From Octopus vulgaris (lineage: Eukaryota): DNA of 64,000 nucleotides. Positions 1 through 13,753 of the stretch are shown here, one piece after another. The position numbers and the translations under genes were made by a program. Location: assembly GCA_951406725.2 (NCBI GenBank), contig OX597822.1, positions 74,214,001 through 74,278,000 on the forward strand, in the 5' to 3' direction. Within the stretch, counting starts at the first letter, position 1, and each line of letters begins with the position of its first letter. The notes beneath the pieces were generated by a model. The model ran no database searches. It saw nothing but the letters and a program-made list of their open reading frames with translations, and was not told where the DNA came from.

Positions 1-180
1 TGCAAAAGAAAAGAGAAATTTAAAAAAGGACCCTCCCCAAATATAGCAACATCTATTTCAACACACGATTTCACATCAAAAATCTTGCAAAACAAATACA
101 TGAACGCAATAAGTATAATTATTCCCCCAAGGGAATTTGTGAAAAGGTGAATAATTGTGGCGAAAATTCTAAGCAAGCGA

Positions 181-685
181 CTGTAAAATGGTGATTGCCC
201 TTGGTGGTCAGGGTGATTCTAAATCTGTAGGGTTCTTTCATGAACCCTAGTCGAAGGATCTCATGGTGCAGGAAGACTGTATCGTTCATGCACTCATGTA
301 TTTTACATAACGTTCATAACTTTCATACCTTTTATAACCATATTGCTGTTGAAATAAACTGCTCTTGCTACAATAAAATTTGAGAATAAGGAAGAATATA
401 ATACAATTGTCATAAACTGACTTTTGGAATAAGAATTAACATGGAATTTTCATGTAAGGCTTTAATTTAAAGCATTTTAAAGCAAGAAATTCGTATCATA
501 AAACCAAGAGCGATTTCAGGTGAATTGGCATGAAAAGGCCTGGACTGTGAAATGGTGATTGCCCTTGGTGCACAGGGTGATTTTAGATCTGTAGGGTTCT
601 TTCATGGGACCTAGTCGAAGGATCTTCTGGAGGAGGAAGACTGTATCGCTCGTCTACTTACTCATGTATTTTACATAACGTTTAT
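181..685. repeat. ~140-bp direct duplication (181-318 / 545-685) flanking a short TIR-like insert (~328-538)
   Basis: CTGT(A/G)AAATGGTGATTGCCCTTGGTG...CTCATGTATTTTACATAACGTT occurs twice; the intervening sequence starts CCTTTTATAACCA and ends TGGCATGAAAAGG (imperfect inverted ends). Confidence 0.8.
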
Positions 686-720
686 ATCTTGTATAACATC
701 TCCCCATATTTTTCTTCTCA

Positions 721-1156
<436 letters not shown>

Positions 1157-1163
1157 TGCAGTA

Positions 1164-1395
1164 GGCAGTTTTGACAGAATCGTTAAAGCGTCGGAAAAAG
1201 TGCAACGCAGTTTATATTTCTGCTCTTTACGTTCGGAGATCAAATCCTGCTATGGTCAGCTTTACTTTTCATTCTTTGGTTGTTGCTATATATAAAAAAA
1301 AAAAGTGGGGTGCCAATCAAGTACTGGAGTCTATGTAACAGACTAGCATCCCACCCCTCAAATATTGCTGGTCTTCGACCTAAATTCGAAGCAAT
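1164..1395 (+). mobile_element. diverged copy of tRNA-derived SINE family A
   Basis: degenerate match to head GGCAGAATCGTTAGC and to the family A body and tail seen elsewhere in the window. Confidence 0.7.
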
Positions 1396-1408
1396 CCATG
1401 TGACAATA

Positions 1409-2388
1409 TTCTTTTCTATTCTAGGCACAAGGCCCGAAATTTTGGTAGGAGGGGCCGGTCAATTAGATCGACTCCAGTACGCAATTGGTACTTAATTTAT
1501 CGACCCCGAAAAGATGAAAGACAAAGTCGACCTCGGCGAAATTTGAACTCAGAACGTAACGGCAGAACGTACCTATTTCTTTACTACCCACAAGGGGCTA
1601 AACACAGAAGGGACAAACAAGGAGAGACAAACGGATTAAGTCGATTACATCGACCCTAGTGCGTAACTGGTACTTATTTAATCGACACCGAAAGGATGAA
1701 AGGCAAAGTCGACCTCGACGGAATTGGAACTCAGAATGTAGCGGCAGACGAAATACCTATTTCTTTACTACCCACAGGGGGCTAAACGCAGAGGGGACAA
1801 ACAAGGACAGACAAACGGATTAAGTCGATTACATCGACCCTAGTGCGTAACTGGTACTTATTTAATCGACACCGAAAGGATGAAAGGCAAAGTCGACCTC
1901 GACGGAATTAGAACTCAGAACGTAGCGGCAGACGAAATACCGCTAAGTATTTCGTCCGGCGTGCTAACGTTTCTTATTTTTTTATTGCCCACAAGGAGCT
2001 AACATAGAGGGGACAAACAACGACAGGCAAAGAGATTAAGTCGATTACATTGACCCCAGTGCGTAACTGGTACTTAATTTATCGATCCCGAAAGGATGAA
2101 AGGCAAAGTCGACCTCGGCGGAATTTGAACTCACAACGTAACTGCAGACGAAATACTTATTTCTTTACTACCCACAGGGGGCTAAACGCAGAGGGGACAA
2201 ACAAGGACAGACAAACGGATTAAGTCGATTACATCGACCCTAGTGCGTAACTGGTACTTATTTAATCGACACCGAAAGGATGAAAGGCAAAGTCGACCTC
2301 GACGGAATTAGAACTCAGAACGTAGCGGCAGACGAAATACCGCTAAGTATTTCACCCGGCGTGCTAACGATTCTGCCAGCTCGCAGCC
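1409..2388 (-). mobile_element. concatemer of ~5 SINE family A monomers
   Basis: ~180-220-bp unit repeating GATGAAAGGCAAAGTCGACCTCG...AACTCA; full head (GAGCTGGCAGAATCGTTAGCACGCCGGG) only at the 2388 end. Confidence 0.9.
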
Positions 2389-2551
2389 TTAGTCCAAGTG
2401 ACAATATTGATTACAAACTGTTTCTTTATCTGTTAGTCTTTGACAATTATGTCAGAGCGATTTTCTTTCTTGGTCGTAGCAGGAACATTGTTACTATGTC
2501 ATTCCCTGAATGTACGGGTGTCGTACCTCTTTTGTATGACTGTCCCCTCTA

Positions 2552-3052
2552 GGCGCAGGTATGGCAGTGTGGTTAAGAAGTTTATTTTCAAAGCATGTGA
2601 TCTTGGGTCCAGTGACACTGCGCTGCACCTTGTGACACTGTCTTTTATTATACTCCGTGGACCGGTCTATACCTTGTAAGTTGATTTGATAGACAGCAAC
2701 TGAAAGAAGTTCTACGGTTATGTGTGCATGTGTGTGTATTTGTATGTGTGTGAGGGTGCGTGTATGTGCGTGTGTGTGTGTGTGTGCGTGCGTGTGTGTG
2801 TTTGTGTGCATAGATATGTGTGTGTCTTTGTATTTTGTGTCTACGTTTGTCTCCTACCATCGCTTGACAACTGGTGTTAAACTGGTGTTGATTTGCTTAC
2901 GTTTCCGTAACTTAGCAGTTCGGTAAGAGACACCAATGAATAAGTACCTGGCTTAAAATATTTAGTACTGAGATCGATTTGTTCGACTAAACTCTTTAAG
3001 GTAGTGCTCCAGCATAGCCTCAGTCAAATGAATGAAATAAGTAAAAAATGAA
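2552..3052 (+). mobile_element. SINE family B (tRNA head, CORE-like block, internal microsatellite), diverged
   Basis: GGCGCAGGTATGGCAGTGTGGTTAAG head, (GT)n centre, GCTCCAGCATAGCC..GAAATAAGTAAAA tail. Confidence 0.8.
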
Positions 3053-3904
3053 AGGTCACTGTTATAGTATTCCCTTTATAAAATCCCCAATTCTGTCGCG
3101 TCTACTTAATATATACACTCTGTTTTCACTAAGACATGTGTAGATTGAAACAATGTGATCGTTTCATCACAGCCTCTACTCATTCTACACCAACATTGTT
3201 TATTCTGCTTCCTTATAAGTTTTTGGAAGTATCTGGTGGGAAGTTTCTGGTCTTGTGGTGAGATCAAAACAAAATCTTTCGGTTTTATTTTTCAATCTCA
3301 GACTTCTCAAATTCTGTTGTTTATTTTTTCTCTATCAGTTTCCGCTTTGCTTTGCCTGCATAGCACATACAGGTACTTCTTCTCTTGCCAATATCTTAGC
3401 ATGAGATTTTGTCGTCCGGTTTTTAATTTAGTTTTTAGTTTCTTTTCGTAATTTGCTACTTAAGCCAATAACTCTATATTCGTTGGCTCCCTGACGAAGC
3501 AAGTTTATTTTTATTTTGTTCATGTGTTATAGCTTCCACAATAGATATTTTATAATAATATTCTACTTGCAGAAGGTCCATACCTCCCTGTATTCGCGGT
3601 TAAGATAATCTTTCTATGTCGGCTTTGGGTGATGTTTTATAAGTGTAGTTATTATTTTTCTTCTTACCCTGTCTAGTCTTGCTAATTTACTTAGCTTCAA
3701 GCTGGGAATGTTGAAATCATAACTCATTACTGGTGCAGCTATACTTTTTTATACCCATTACCTTATTTTTGGCATTTAGCTGTTATAACCTGATGCGTCT
3801 ATAATATTCTTCTTTAACCTAATGCGTCTATAATATTCCTTCCCAATTTTTTAAAATCATGTTTCGTACTCTGTGCAGTTCATTATTTTCGAAGTAAAGA
3901 TGTA

Positions 3905-4880
3905 TCACTCGCCTTCGTAGGGTCCTACCAAAAGCAACTACAATGACACTTTCTGCTTGGCTCCCTAAACGTGACCAACTGGAACTGTGGACATTATCCA
4001 GCCATCTCATATTTGGTCTACTCCCTAGGTCTCCTGCCATTTGATTTGGCTTGAAGAATCCGTCTTGCGATTCTTTCCTGTGATATTCTAATCACATGTC
4101 TTAGTAGCGAAAATGTGATTCCTCAATGCGGAGCTGCTCGACTTGGATAGACCTCCAAGCTAATTTTAAAAACAAGTTTCCTTCACGAGCCATTCCAAAT
4201 CATAAGGGCCGGTTTCCCGGTTTCTTTGGCTTAAATATTCCCTCCACCCCCCCACACCAATGTACGGAATGCCGGTCTGTCACATGATTACTCATTTTGG
4301 CCAGCTGAGTGGACTGCAGTAACGTGAGATGAAGTGCTTTGCTCAAGAACACAACGCGTCACCTGGTCCAGGAATCGAAACCACAATCTTATGATCATGA
4401 GTCCAACACCCTAACCACTAAGCCACGCGCCTCAGCTACCTCTAAGCTGAGCGCCCTGTCGAATAACGTTACTTCAGAGGTCCTTCGGGGGAACCTCATT
4501 TCGGCCGTTTGTATTTGCAACTATACTCATTCAGTCATTGTCCGACATTCGTGACCATAAGTGAGAGGAGACCTATAGAAAATCGCAATTTTTGTTTTAA
4601 CCATCCTCTCTTCTTCTGATGATCAAATACTGGCCTTGGTGTATTACTGTGTCAGCGCCTACAGCTCTAGCATCCATTTCAGTCTCCTGCATTACTCATA
4701 AATACGGCCTGAAGATACTTAAACTACTCCACTTGCCTCAGTGATGTTCCACTAACATGCAGAGTGTGCTGGGAAACTTTCGCTTCATTCTCTTAACTTT
4801 GAATCTTTATCGAACTCCGTATATCAAACGGACAGGCATGTTGAAGTAGCTGCGTGGATTTTTCTTTGTACCTGTGTATT
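3905..4880 (-). mobile_element. decayed RTE-type LINE 3' portion interrupted by a SINE
   Basis: minus-strand translation gives LRQVE*FKYL and HVIRISQERIARR...GRRPR, resembling RTE RT C-terminal motifs; contains stops and frameshifts. Confidence 0.65.
4175..4433 (-). mobile_element. SINE family D head with V-like tail
   Basis: minus strand GGCGCGTGGCTTAGTGGTTAGG..TTCGATTCC..TTCTTGAGCAA; tail GAAACCGGGAAACCGGCCC; approximate TSD ACCTC(C/T)AAGCT. Confidence 0.8.
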
Positions 4881-4933
4881 TAGTTCTTTACTGTTGTCAC
4901 TGTACAACTAGGAAACATCCATCTTCAGGGCAT

Positions 4934-4979
<46 letters not shown>

Positions 4980-5005
4980 CATTATTATTATCATTATTAT
5001 TATTA

Positions 5006-5115
<110 letters not shown>

Positions 5116-5249
5116 AGTATCGCTGGACGAAATGCTTAGCAGTATTTCGCCCGTCGCTACGTTCTGAGTTCAAATTCTGCCAAGGTCCACTTTGCCTTTC
5201 ATCCCTTCAGGGTCGATTAAATAATTACCAATAAAAATGCACCGGAGTC

Positions 5250-6085
5250 TTTAGTCATCTGTCAAGTCATAACAAAGACTTCAGACGGATTATACTTTCC
5301 TTAAGATGCTCGCTGTGCCCAATAAGGCTGCTTTTTGCAAGACATCAATCTTGCATGGAATTTCCTGTTGCTTTAAGAAGTCTTGAAGTTTCAATGGAAT
5401 TGAGCCCAATGCTCCAGTCACCACTGGTATCACTTTTACATTACCCTTTCGCTTTCCATAGTCTTGCTATTTTCACTTTCAATTCGAAGTACTTGATGAT
5501 TTTTTTCAACCTCCTTACTCACAACATTCATGTCATTTGGTATGGCTGCATCAATGATCTGACAATATTTGTTTCTCGTATTACACGATCTGTCTGAAAA
5601 TCATAGTCCCAGAGTATCGTTACTTTTCCATTCTCCTGCATAACTTTACTTGATACATTCTCATACCAGCTCTCTGTTACTTCATATTGGTTGGTATTTA
5701 CGGCATAAGAGCCAATGAAGATACACACACACTCTATCGTGGCAGCGCTTGTATCTTTTTTTTTTTTGTTCAAGGCTCTCACATCCACTTACCAAGTGGG
5801 CCGCATTTTCCACACTCTTTCCACAGAGTCTGCATTTCTGGGTATCCAAAGTTTTATAGATGTTATACTTCACCGACTTCGCAGCGGGAGCCTGGTCTTT
5901 TGCCTGATCAGGCTTTCGGTGGTACGCTTCAAATCACTTCGCTCAAGCCATGCCCACAATGCTGTAGTGTCCTTAACGTCCTGTGTATTCCTTTCAAACT
6001 GTCCGTGCATTCTCATTTCAAGGTCTTCTTGTCTCTTCTCTTCAGCTCTTTGGTTAAACTCTTTCGCAGCATATTGCAGCAGGTC
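5250..6085 (-). mobile_element. R4/Dong-like LINE 3' fragment (CCHC knuckle + RLE region), decayed
   Basis: KCRLCGKSVENAAHLVSGC, HD, ILWDYDFQTDR, LQKAALLGTA; flanked by (TTA)n. Confidence 0.85.
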
Positions 6086-6109
6086 TTCATCTCTATATTA
6101 TCATTATTA

Positions 6110-6149
<40 letters not shown>

Positions 6150-6152
6150 CAC

Positions 6153-6203
<51 letters not shown>

Positions 6204-6211
6204 TATTATTA

Positions 6212-6282
<71 letters not shown>

Positions 6283-6409
6283 TTACTCCTCAGAAGTCTC
6301 GGTCTTATTTACTCTGATTGATTCTGTGAGAATGGACAGCAACCTGATGTCAGAGTTCTCACACAGTCTCTTTCCGCAAATTATAAGCTTTGCACGTGGT
6401 TGTTAACTT

Positions 6410-6663
6410 ATCGTGGAAGACACCCAACACCCAAGTACCAATTTCGAAACCCCAGCTGTCCCCAATACAGCGGGTTATTTGGGGGGGGAAGGGGCTGCTC
6501 TGCCCTCATATCAATTCTAATTTCTCTGAGATATTTCTCGAACCTGGTTGTCAATGCTCCGAGTGACCCTGCAACCACTGTGATAACAGTTTCTCTCTTC
6601 ACTGCCCAGATTCTTGCAATTTTGTCCTTTAGTAGACTGTATTTCTCCACCATTTCCACTACT
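6410..6663 (-). mobile_element. R4/Dong-like LINE extreme 3' fragment
   Basis: EKYSLLKDKIARIW..VVAGSLG motif from the end of the RLE domain. Confidence 0.7.
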
Positions 6664-6669
6664 GTTATT

Positions 6670-7025
6670 GCTAGCTGGCAGAATCGTTAGCGCGCCGAGT
6701 AAAATGCATAGCGACATTTCGTACATCTTTACAATCTGAGTTCAAATTCCGCCGAGATCGGCTTTGCCTTTCATCCTTTCAGGGTCGATAAGTTAAGTAC
6801 CAGTTGAGAAATGGTATCGATGTAATCGCCTTAATCTCTCCCACCAAAAATTTCAGGCATTGTGCCTGTAGTAGAAAGGTTTATTATCATTATTATTATT
6901 GAGGTCGACTTTGCTTTTCATCCTTTCGTGGTCGATAAAATAAGTATCACTTGAACACTGGGGTCGATGTAATCGCCTCATCCGCTCCTACAAAAACTGC
7001 TGCCCTCGTGGAAAAATTTGAACTC
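6670..7025 (+). mobile_element. SINE family A copies (one near-full, one 5'-truncated)
   Basis: GCTGGCAGAATCGTTAGCG head; TTTGCCTTTCATCCTTTC..GGTCGATAA core in both. Confidence 0.85.
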
Positions 7026-7061
7026 ATCATCATTATTATTGTTATTGGTGATGAAAAAATT

Positions 7062-7479
7062 GTCAAGGAGTAGCTGTGTGGTAAGTAGCTTGCTTACAAA
7101 CCACATGGATCCATGTTCAGTCCCACTGCGTGGCACCTTGGGCAAGTGTCTTCTACTATAATCTCGGGCCGACCAAAGCCTTGTGAGTGGATTTGGTAGA
7201 CGGAAACTGGAAGAAGCCAGTCGTATACATGTCTATCTATATATGTGTGTGTGAGTGTGTTTGTGTGTCTGTGTTTGTCCCCCCCCCCCCACCAACATCG
7301 CTTGACAACCGATACTGGTGTGTTTACGTCCTCGTAACTTAGCGGTTTGGCAAAAGAGACCGATAGAATAAATACTAGGCTTACGAAAGAATAAGTCCTG
7401 GGGTAGATTTCCTCGATTAAAGACGGTGCTCCAGCATGGCCGCAGTCAAATAACTGAAACAAGTAAAAGAGTAAAAGAG
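7062..7479 (+). mobile_element. SINE family B, near full length
   Basis: CACCTTGGGCAAGTGTCTTC CORE-like block; tail (GTAAAAGA)n. Confidence 0.9.
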
Positions 7480-7769
7480 TGTTCTCTGACGTAACTCCTC
7501 AATATCGACATATTCCACCTCAAGGCCTGTTCAGTCTCATCGCAGGACATTTCCTATACACTTAGCTCATCTGTTTTGTTTTCAATTGCTGGAATCTTTG
7601 ATTGTTTTCCCCCTATAGCTCTGGCGCCACTAGCTAGCAACTGTTTCTACGTACTTTCTTTTGTATAGATTAATCAACATAATCTGATGTTATCTTTTCT
7701 TTATCTGAGGTCTAATCTGTTCGATTGTTGCAATACTCAACATGGACGTGCAAGAAATAAAAGCTGTAT

Positions 7770-7832
<63 letters not shown>

Positions 7833-8295
7833 CTTTAAGAAGTGTGTCCATTTTGTTTTGTGTATAGCGTGCAGTAGTGAGACGGCGGATTGACAGAAAG
7901 AAACCGCTGAACTGAAGGAACCGTGATTAGCTCCCTTGTTACAAGTGCTGCTCAACGTCCTCTTCTAAAACAATAGTATCTTTATAATACCAATCAATCA
8001 ATCCAGCCTTGTCCTACCCACAGCTTGACAGAGACGCTCTATGTATTTCTTCTTAGTCTCTTATTCGCCATTTTTCTGATATTTATCGAGTTTAACCCAC
8101 CACCTCGTTCATGGTTGTCCTTCGTTTCTTTGCTTTTTAAGATTCTCGGTAACCGGTCTCTTCATTTACCTGTTGCCACTCAGATTCTGAACGTGCCAAA
8201 CTTAATATCATTTTATAAATTTGACGATATCATTTAATGTTGCTCGTTTTCGGATACCGTTCAATGTTTTATGATCCTGTTTTATGGTATATGTG

Positions 8296-8985
8296 CAGAG
8301 GTGAGTGTGTGGTAAGAAGCTTGCTTCTCAACCTCATGGTTCCGGGTTCAATCCCACTGCATTGTACCTTGGGCAAGTGTCTTCTACTATGGCATCGAGT
8401 CGACCAAAGCCTTGTGAGTGAACGTGGTAGGCGGAAACTGAAAGAAGCCTGCTGTGTATATGTATATATATGTATGTATATATGTATATATATATATATA
8501 TACTATATATCTATGTATATATATATGTATATATACTATATATACTATATAGTATACTATATATTTGGGAAAAGGGCGGACGTTGTCTCACAAGCAGCTG
8601 CGCATGCAAAAATGTTTGTAAATGTGGTCGGATTAATCTGAAAATTTGCACACCTATGTTAAAAGTGCTGGCAAGTTTGCATGGCAACTTTGAGTTTACC
8701 CAATTGAAAGGCATGCCTCTAGGGTAAAATACCCCATCTTTGAAATGTGGCCCATGTAGACCCGAATGAAATTGGGTTATAATTTTAAATCATAAATTAG
8801 AAAAGCACGTTTAAAGGTCTTAATGTTTACAAGTTTAAATATTTATAACAGTCAATAATATAAAAAATGTGGATCATCTTGCTTAAATGCACAAAATTCA
8901 ATAGTATTAGTCCTGATCGATCACTATCTATTTAAAAACAATTACAATTTTTTCAAATTTAGTTGCATTTTCAACAACAAATATG

Positions 8986-9063
<78 letters not shown>

Positions 9064-9488
9064 TGTATGTATGTATGTATGTACGGCAAGAAGAAAATGG
9101 AGGGAATCCAGAGGTACTATTCATCAGCTGTTAGACATTATATCATGTCTATTTATTTTAGAACTGTTTAAAATAAATAAATAAACATAATATAATATTT
9201 AACAGCTGATGAATAGTACCTCTGGATTCTCTCCATTTCCTTGCCATATAAATTAAGGGTAAAACCACTTATTACATTCGCCTAATAATTATACTCAGTA
9301 GGGTAATTGCCATGCAATAACCAACACTTGTGTATTAATAATTGGGTATTCTACCAGCAGTATATGGGATAGATATTATCCCTCGGTTGGATTCACAACC
9401 TCTAACTCTCTTGGAATTATATGTATATAAACATATATACATATACATGTATATGTATATATATATATATACATACAAATATACAGAC

Positions 9489-9585
<97 letters not shown>

Positions 9586-9786
9586 AATATACATATATAC
9601 ATTCATACGTGTGTGTTTGTGTGTTTTTCTCCCCGTAACGTAGGGGTCCGGCAAAAGATATCGATAGAATAATATAATTACCAGACTTTAAAAAGTAAGT
9701 ATTGGAGTTAATTCATTCGACTAAAAATTCTCCAAGGCTGTGCTTTAGCATGGCTGCTGCTATCTAATGACTGAAACAAGTAAAAG
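8296..9786 (+). mobile_element. probable single SINE family B split by nested inserts in its internal microsatellite (5' half 8296-8456, 3' half ~9610-9786)
   Basis: the two halves are colinear and on the same strand, separated by (TA)n-bounded modules. Confidence 0.55.
9082..9248. repeat. fold-back inverted repeat (~80-bp arms)
   Basis: GAATCCAGAGGTACTATTCATCAGCTGTTA / TAACAGCTGATGAATAGTACCTCTGGATTC. Confidence 0.9.
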
Positions 9787-9919
9787 CTAAATGCTAAAAA
9801 CTCCCAGTTTTAGGATCCCTTCCGTCAGCAATCCAAATGCTAAAGGGTTAATATCGGAAATTTTCTGAGTGGAAACTGGATCAAACATTATTATTGCCTG
9901 AGCATTATTGCGCACACAT

Positions 9920-10301
9920 GGAAGCACTCCGTCGGTTACGACGATGCGGATTCCGGTTGATCCGATCAACGGAACAGCCTGCTCGTGAAATTAACGTGTG
10001 AGTGGCTGAGCACTCCACAGACACGTGTACCCTTAACGTAGTTCTCGGATATATTCAGCGTGACACAGAGAGTGACAAGGCCGGCCCTTTGAAATACAGG
10101 TACAACAGAAACAGGAAGTACGAGTGAGAGAAAGTTGTGGTGAAAGAGTACAGCAGGGATCACCACCATCCCTGCCGGAGCCTCGTGGAGCTTTAGGTGT
10201 TTTCGCTCAATAAACACTCACAACGCCCAGTCTGGGAATCGAAACCGCGATCCTACGACCGCGAGTCCGCTGCCCTAACCACTGGGCCATTGCGCCTCCA
10301 C
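9920..10301 (-). mobile_element. SINE family C, full length, with 11-bp TSD
   Basis: head TGGAGGCGCAATGGCCCAGTGGTTAGG..TTCGATTCC; tail CGTAACCGACGGAGTG; TSD TGCGCACACAT at 9909-9919 and 10302-10312. Confidence 0.92.
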
Positions 10302-10951
10302 TGCGCACACATACACACAATCTGTTGCACTTGTGGCCGCACATGGACGACAAGTACTCAGTAAAGCCAGTGTAGGAGCATGTATGTGATCACTTCGCTT
10401 GTTAGAAATAGTTACTTCCATAGGAAAGCAAAGGATATAATTAATAATGTATTCCTAGATATCTTTAGAAAGTCAGGACGGTCATTGTTGGGGATTGCTT
10501 GGTTTAAAGTGCTGTTCATTTAGGACTATGTGACTAAATAACAATAACAGATAGTCAAGAACAGACTTGTCGATGTGATGGTCACACTGGAGTGGATCTG
10601 ATTAACCATTGCTTATCAAGGCCCATGTGTGTATTATGCGAGCGCGTGCGTGTATGCGCATTGTTGCTATGACAATACAAAGATTCGAGCCAGTTTCTAA
10701 TTGGAATTTTCCAATCGTCCAATTAGAATTTTCCCGATATTAAATTCGCAAACAGAAAAGGTTATCCACTCAGACAGTAAGCAGCGACAAATACACCACC
10801 TTTTAACAACAAAATGGCAATGAATTGGTAGAATTGTTAGAGCGTTTGACCACATTCCTAGTGCCCCACCCCAACCCACTCACCACCACAGACCATTTTC
10901 TGTAACAAATTCAAAACAAAAGTATTTCACAAACAAATCTTAACCTTCATA

Positions 10952-11350
10952 AGCGTAGGAGTGGCTGTGTGGTAAGTAGCTTGCTTACCAGCCACATGGT
11001 TCCGGGTTCAGTCCCACTGCGTGGTACCTTGGGCAAGTGTCTTCTACTATAGCCTCGGGCTGACCAAAGCCTTGTGAGTGATTTGGTAGTCGGAAACTGA
11101 AAGAAGCCCGTCGTATATATGTATATATATGTATGTGTGGGTATATGTTCGTGTGTCTATGTGTGTCCCCCAACATCACTTGACAACCGATGCTGGTGTG
11201 TTTGCGTACCCGAAACTTAGCAGTTCGATAAAAGAGACCGATAGAATAAGTACTAGGCTTACAAAGAATAAGTCATGGAGTCGATTTTCTCGACTAAAGG
11301 CGGTGCTCCAGCATGGCCGCACTCAAATGACTGAAACAAGTAAAAGAGTA
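10952..11350 (+). mobile_element. SINE family B, full length
   Basis: same head, CORE-like block and tail as 7062-7479. Confidence 0.9.
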
Positions 11351-12444
11351 ATTAACCCTTATTTTCTTTGTTTGGCTTTTTTTTACATCCATTGCCCCGT
11401 TTCGGTCACCTCATTATCACCTCGTTTTTCTTCAACGACCCCTGGATCTACCCGGTGGAATACTTCTCAGTGTTTGCCCCGATTCTCATTGTTCGAATTT
11501 TAAATTACAAAGCGGTGCATCATGTTTTTCATCCCTTCGTGGTCGATATAAAAAGAAAAACATTGCCGGTCTAAAGCTGTGAGTTAGTGAAATTATTGGA
11601 GCATCGCACAGATACGTTCCAGTTTCTGTCTGGTTCTGAGTGCAAACCTCATCCCGCTACTGCAAAACAGTGACGCTTCTGTAAAGAGTTGCAGCCGAAA
11701 GATAATATCAATAATTTGAAAAGAAAAAGAATAAAATAAAAATAAAAAAACAATGGCAACACTAGCTTCCTCGGTCTGATCAGAAAATCGACTGCTGCCG
11801 CCATCACTACCATAACAACGCGAACGCATTATAGCTTTTTATTAGGTAAATGCATGGTAGCTGGGAAGCAACGGGTCGATATGGAGACTAGACTCGTTCG
11901 ATCAAGTCACTATCTGTTATAGATTATTTGCACTATTAAGGTTGACATGGGAATTAAAAAGAAACAAACACGAAAAGTAAAAGGCCATATATTTTCATGA
12001 TACGCATAAGTCGAACATCTGAAATGAGGTGTAGTCACGACTTTCTAAATCCTTAATGCTTGCTTTTATGCTTGTTTTATTGTGCCACATTCCGCCAATT
12101 GATTGCAAATGAAAGTCCGTTCAATAGACAAAATCTCACTCTAGATCACAGCATCACAAACATGTCAGTTACAAAGCGAGCCTGCGTTTTACAACAAAGA
12201 CAGTTAAGGGAAAATGAAAACAATAAAAACATGTTTAAAGAATTATTGATTTCTGATATCGTTCATCTTCTTATCGTCACATGACGACTGCGGTCACGTA
12301 GTGCTCCTGGCTACGGTTGAGACAGGGAAATCCCTGATCGTTGTCTTCAGAGATTAAGTTCAAAGCTATCACTTCTTTCATTTTCAGAGCTGCAGCCGAC
12401 AGTACATTGAGAACAGCAGTATCTGTGACCTGCAAATAATCTTT

Positions 12445-12932
12445 TCTGTTATAGGCACAAGGTCTGAAACGTTGGGGAATGGGGTTCACTCAACACCTTA
12501 GTAATAATTTGAAATCAGAATGTAAAGTCGGAATGTGGTAATGAGACTTTCCTACTATAAGCACAAGGCCTGAAATTTGGTTAGAGTGGAGTAGTCGACT
12601 ACATCGACCCCAGTGTTTCACTGATACTCAATTTATCGACCCCGAAAGGAAGAAAGGCAAAGTCGACCCTTCTATTGTAGGCGCAAGGTGCTACAATATT
12701 GGGAGTCGGTTCTATACGATTACATGTACCCAATTTCTTGACTAGTACTTATCTTATCTACCCCGAAAAGATGAAAGGTGGAATTTAAACTGTGAACGTG
12801 AAGACGGATGAAATGCTGCTAAACGTTTCGTTCGGCGTGTTAATGATTCTTCAAACACGGCACCTCAATGATTATGATGACAACGACGACGACGATGACG
12901 ATGATGATGACGATGACGACGACAACGACGAC

Positions 12933-12964
<32 letters not shown>

Positions 12965-13616
12965 CGACTACGACGATGATGATGATGATGATGATCCTTT
13001 CTACTAAAGGCATAAGACCTGGAATTTTGGAGGAAGGGACAAGTCAGTTACATCGACCCCAGTACACAACTGATACTTAAGTTATCGACCCCCCTGAAAG
13101 GATGAAAGGCAAAGTCGACCTCGGCCGAATTTGAACTCAGAACGTAAAGAACCGGACGAAATGCTGTTATGCATTTTGCCCGGCCTGCCAAGTTTCTGCC
13201 AGTTCACAGCTTTAATGTTGATGAGGATGACGATGTTGATGATAATGATGAAGATGATGATAATACTGATGATGATGATAAGGAGGAGGAAGAGAATGGA
13301 GGAGGAGGAGGATTATGAGGATGATGATGACAATAGTCCTTCCTACTATAAGCACAAGGCCTGAGTTTTCGGGAGAGGGGACTACACGATTACATTCGAC
13401 TCCAGCGTTTCACTGGTACTTAATTTATCGACCCCGAAAGGATGAAAGGCAAAGTCGACCCCGGCGGAATTTGAACTCAGAACGTAGCGACGGGCGCAAT
13501 ACAGTTAAGAATTTCGTCCAGCGTGCTAACGATACTGCCAGCTTGCCGCCTGAACGTTGATGATGATGATGACGACGACGACGCCGCCGATAATGTTGAC
13601 GATAATAACAATAATA

Positions 13617-13673
<57 letters not shown>

Positions 13674-13678
13674 TAATA

Positions 13679-13753
<75 letters not shown>

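Noticed and set aside
1409-2388. CRISPR-like regular repeats
   Set aside because: Units are ~180-220-bp SINE monomers without unique spacers; eukaryotic context and no cas genes.
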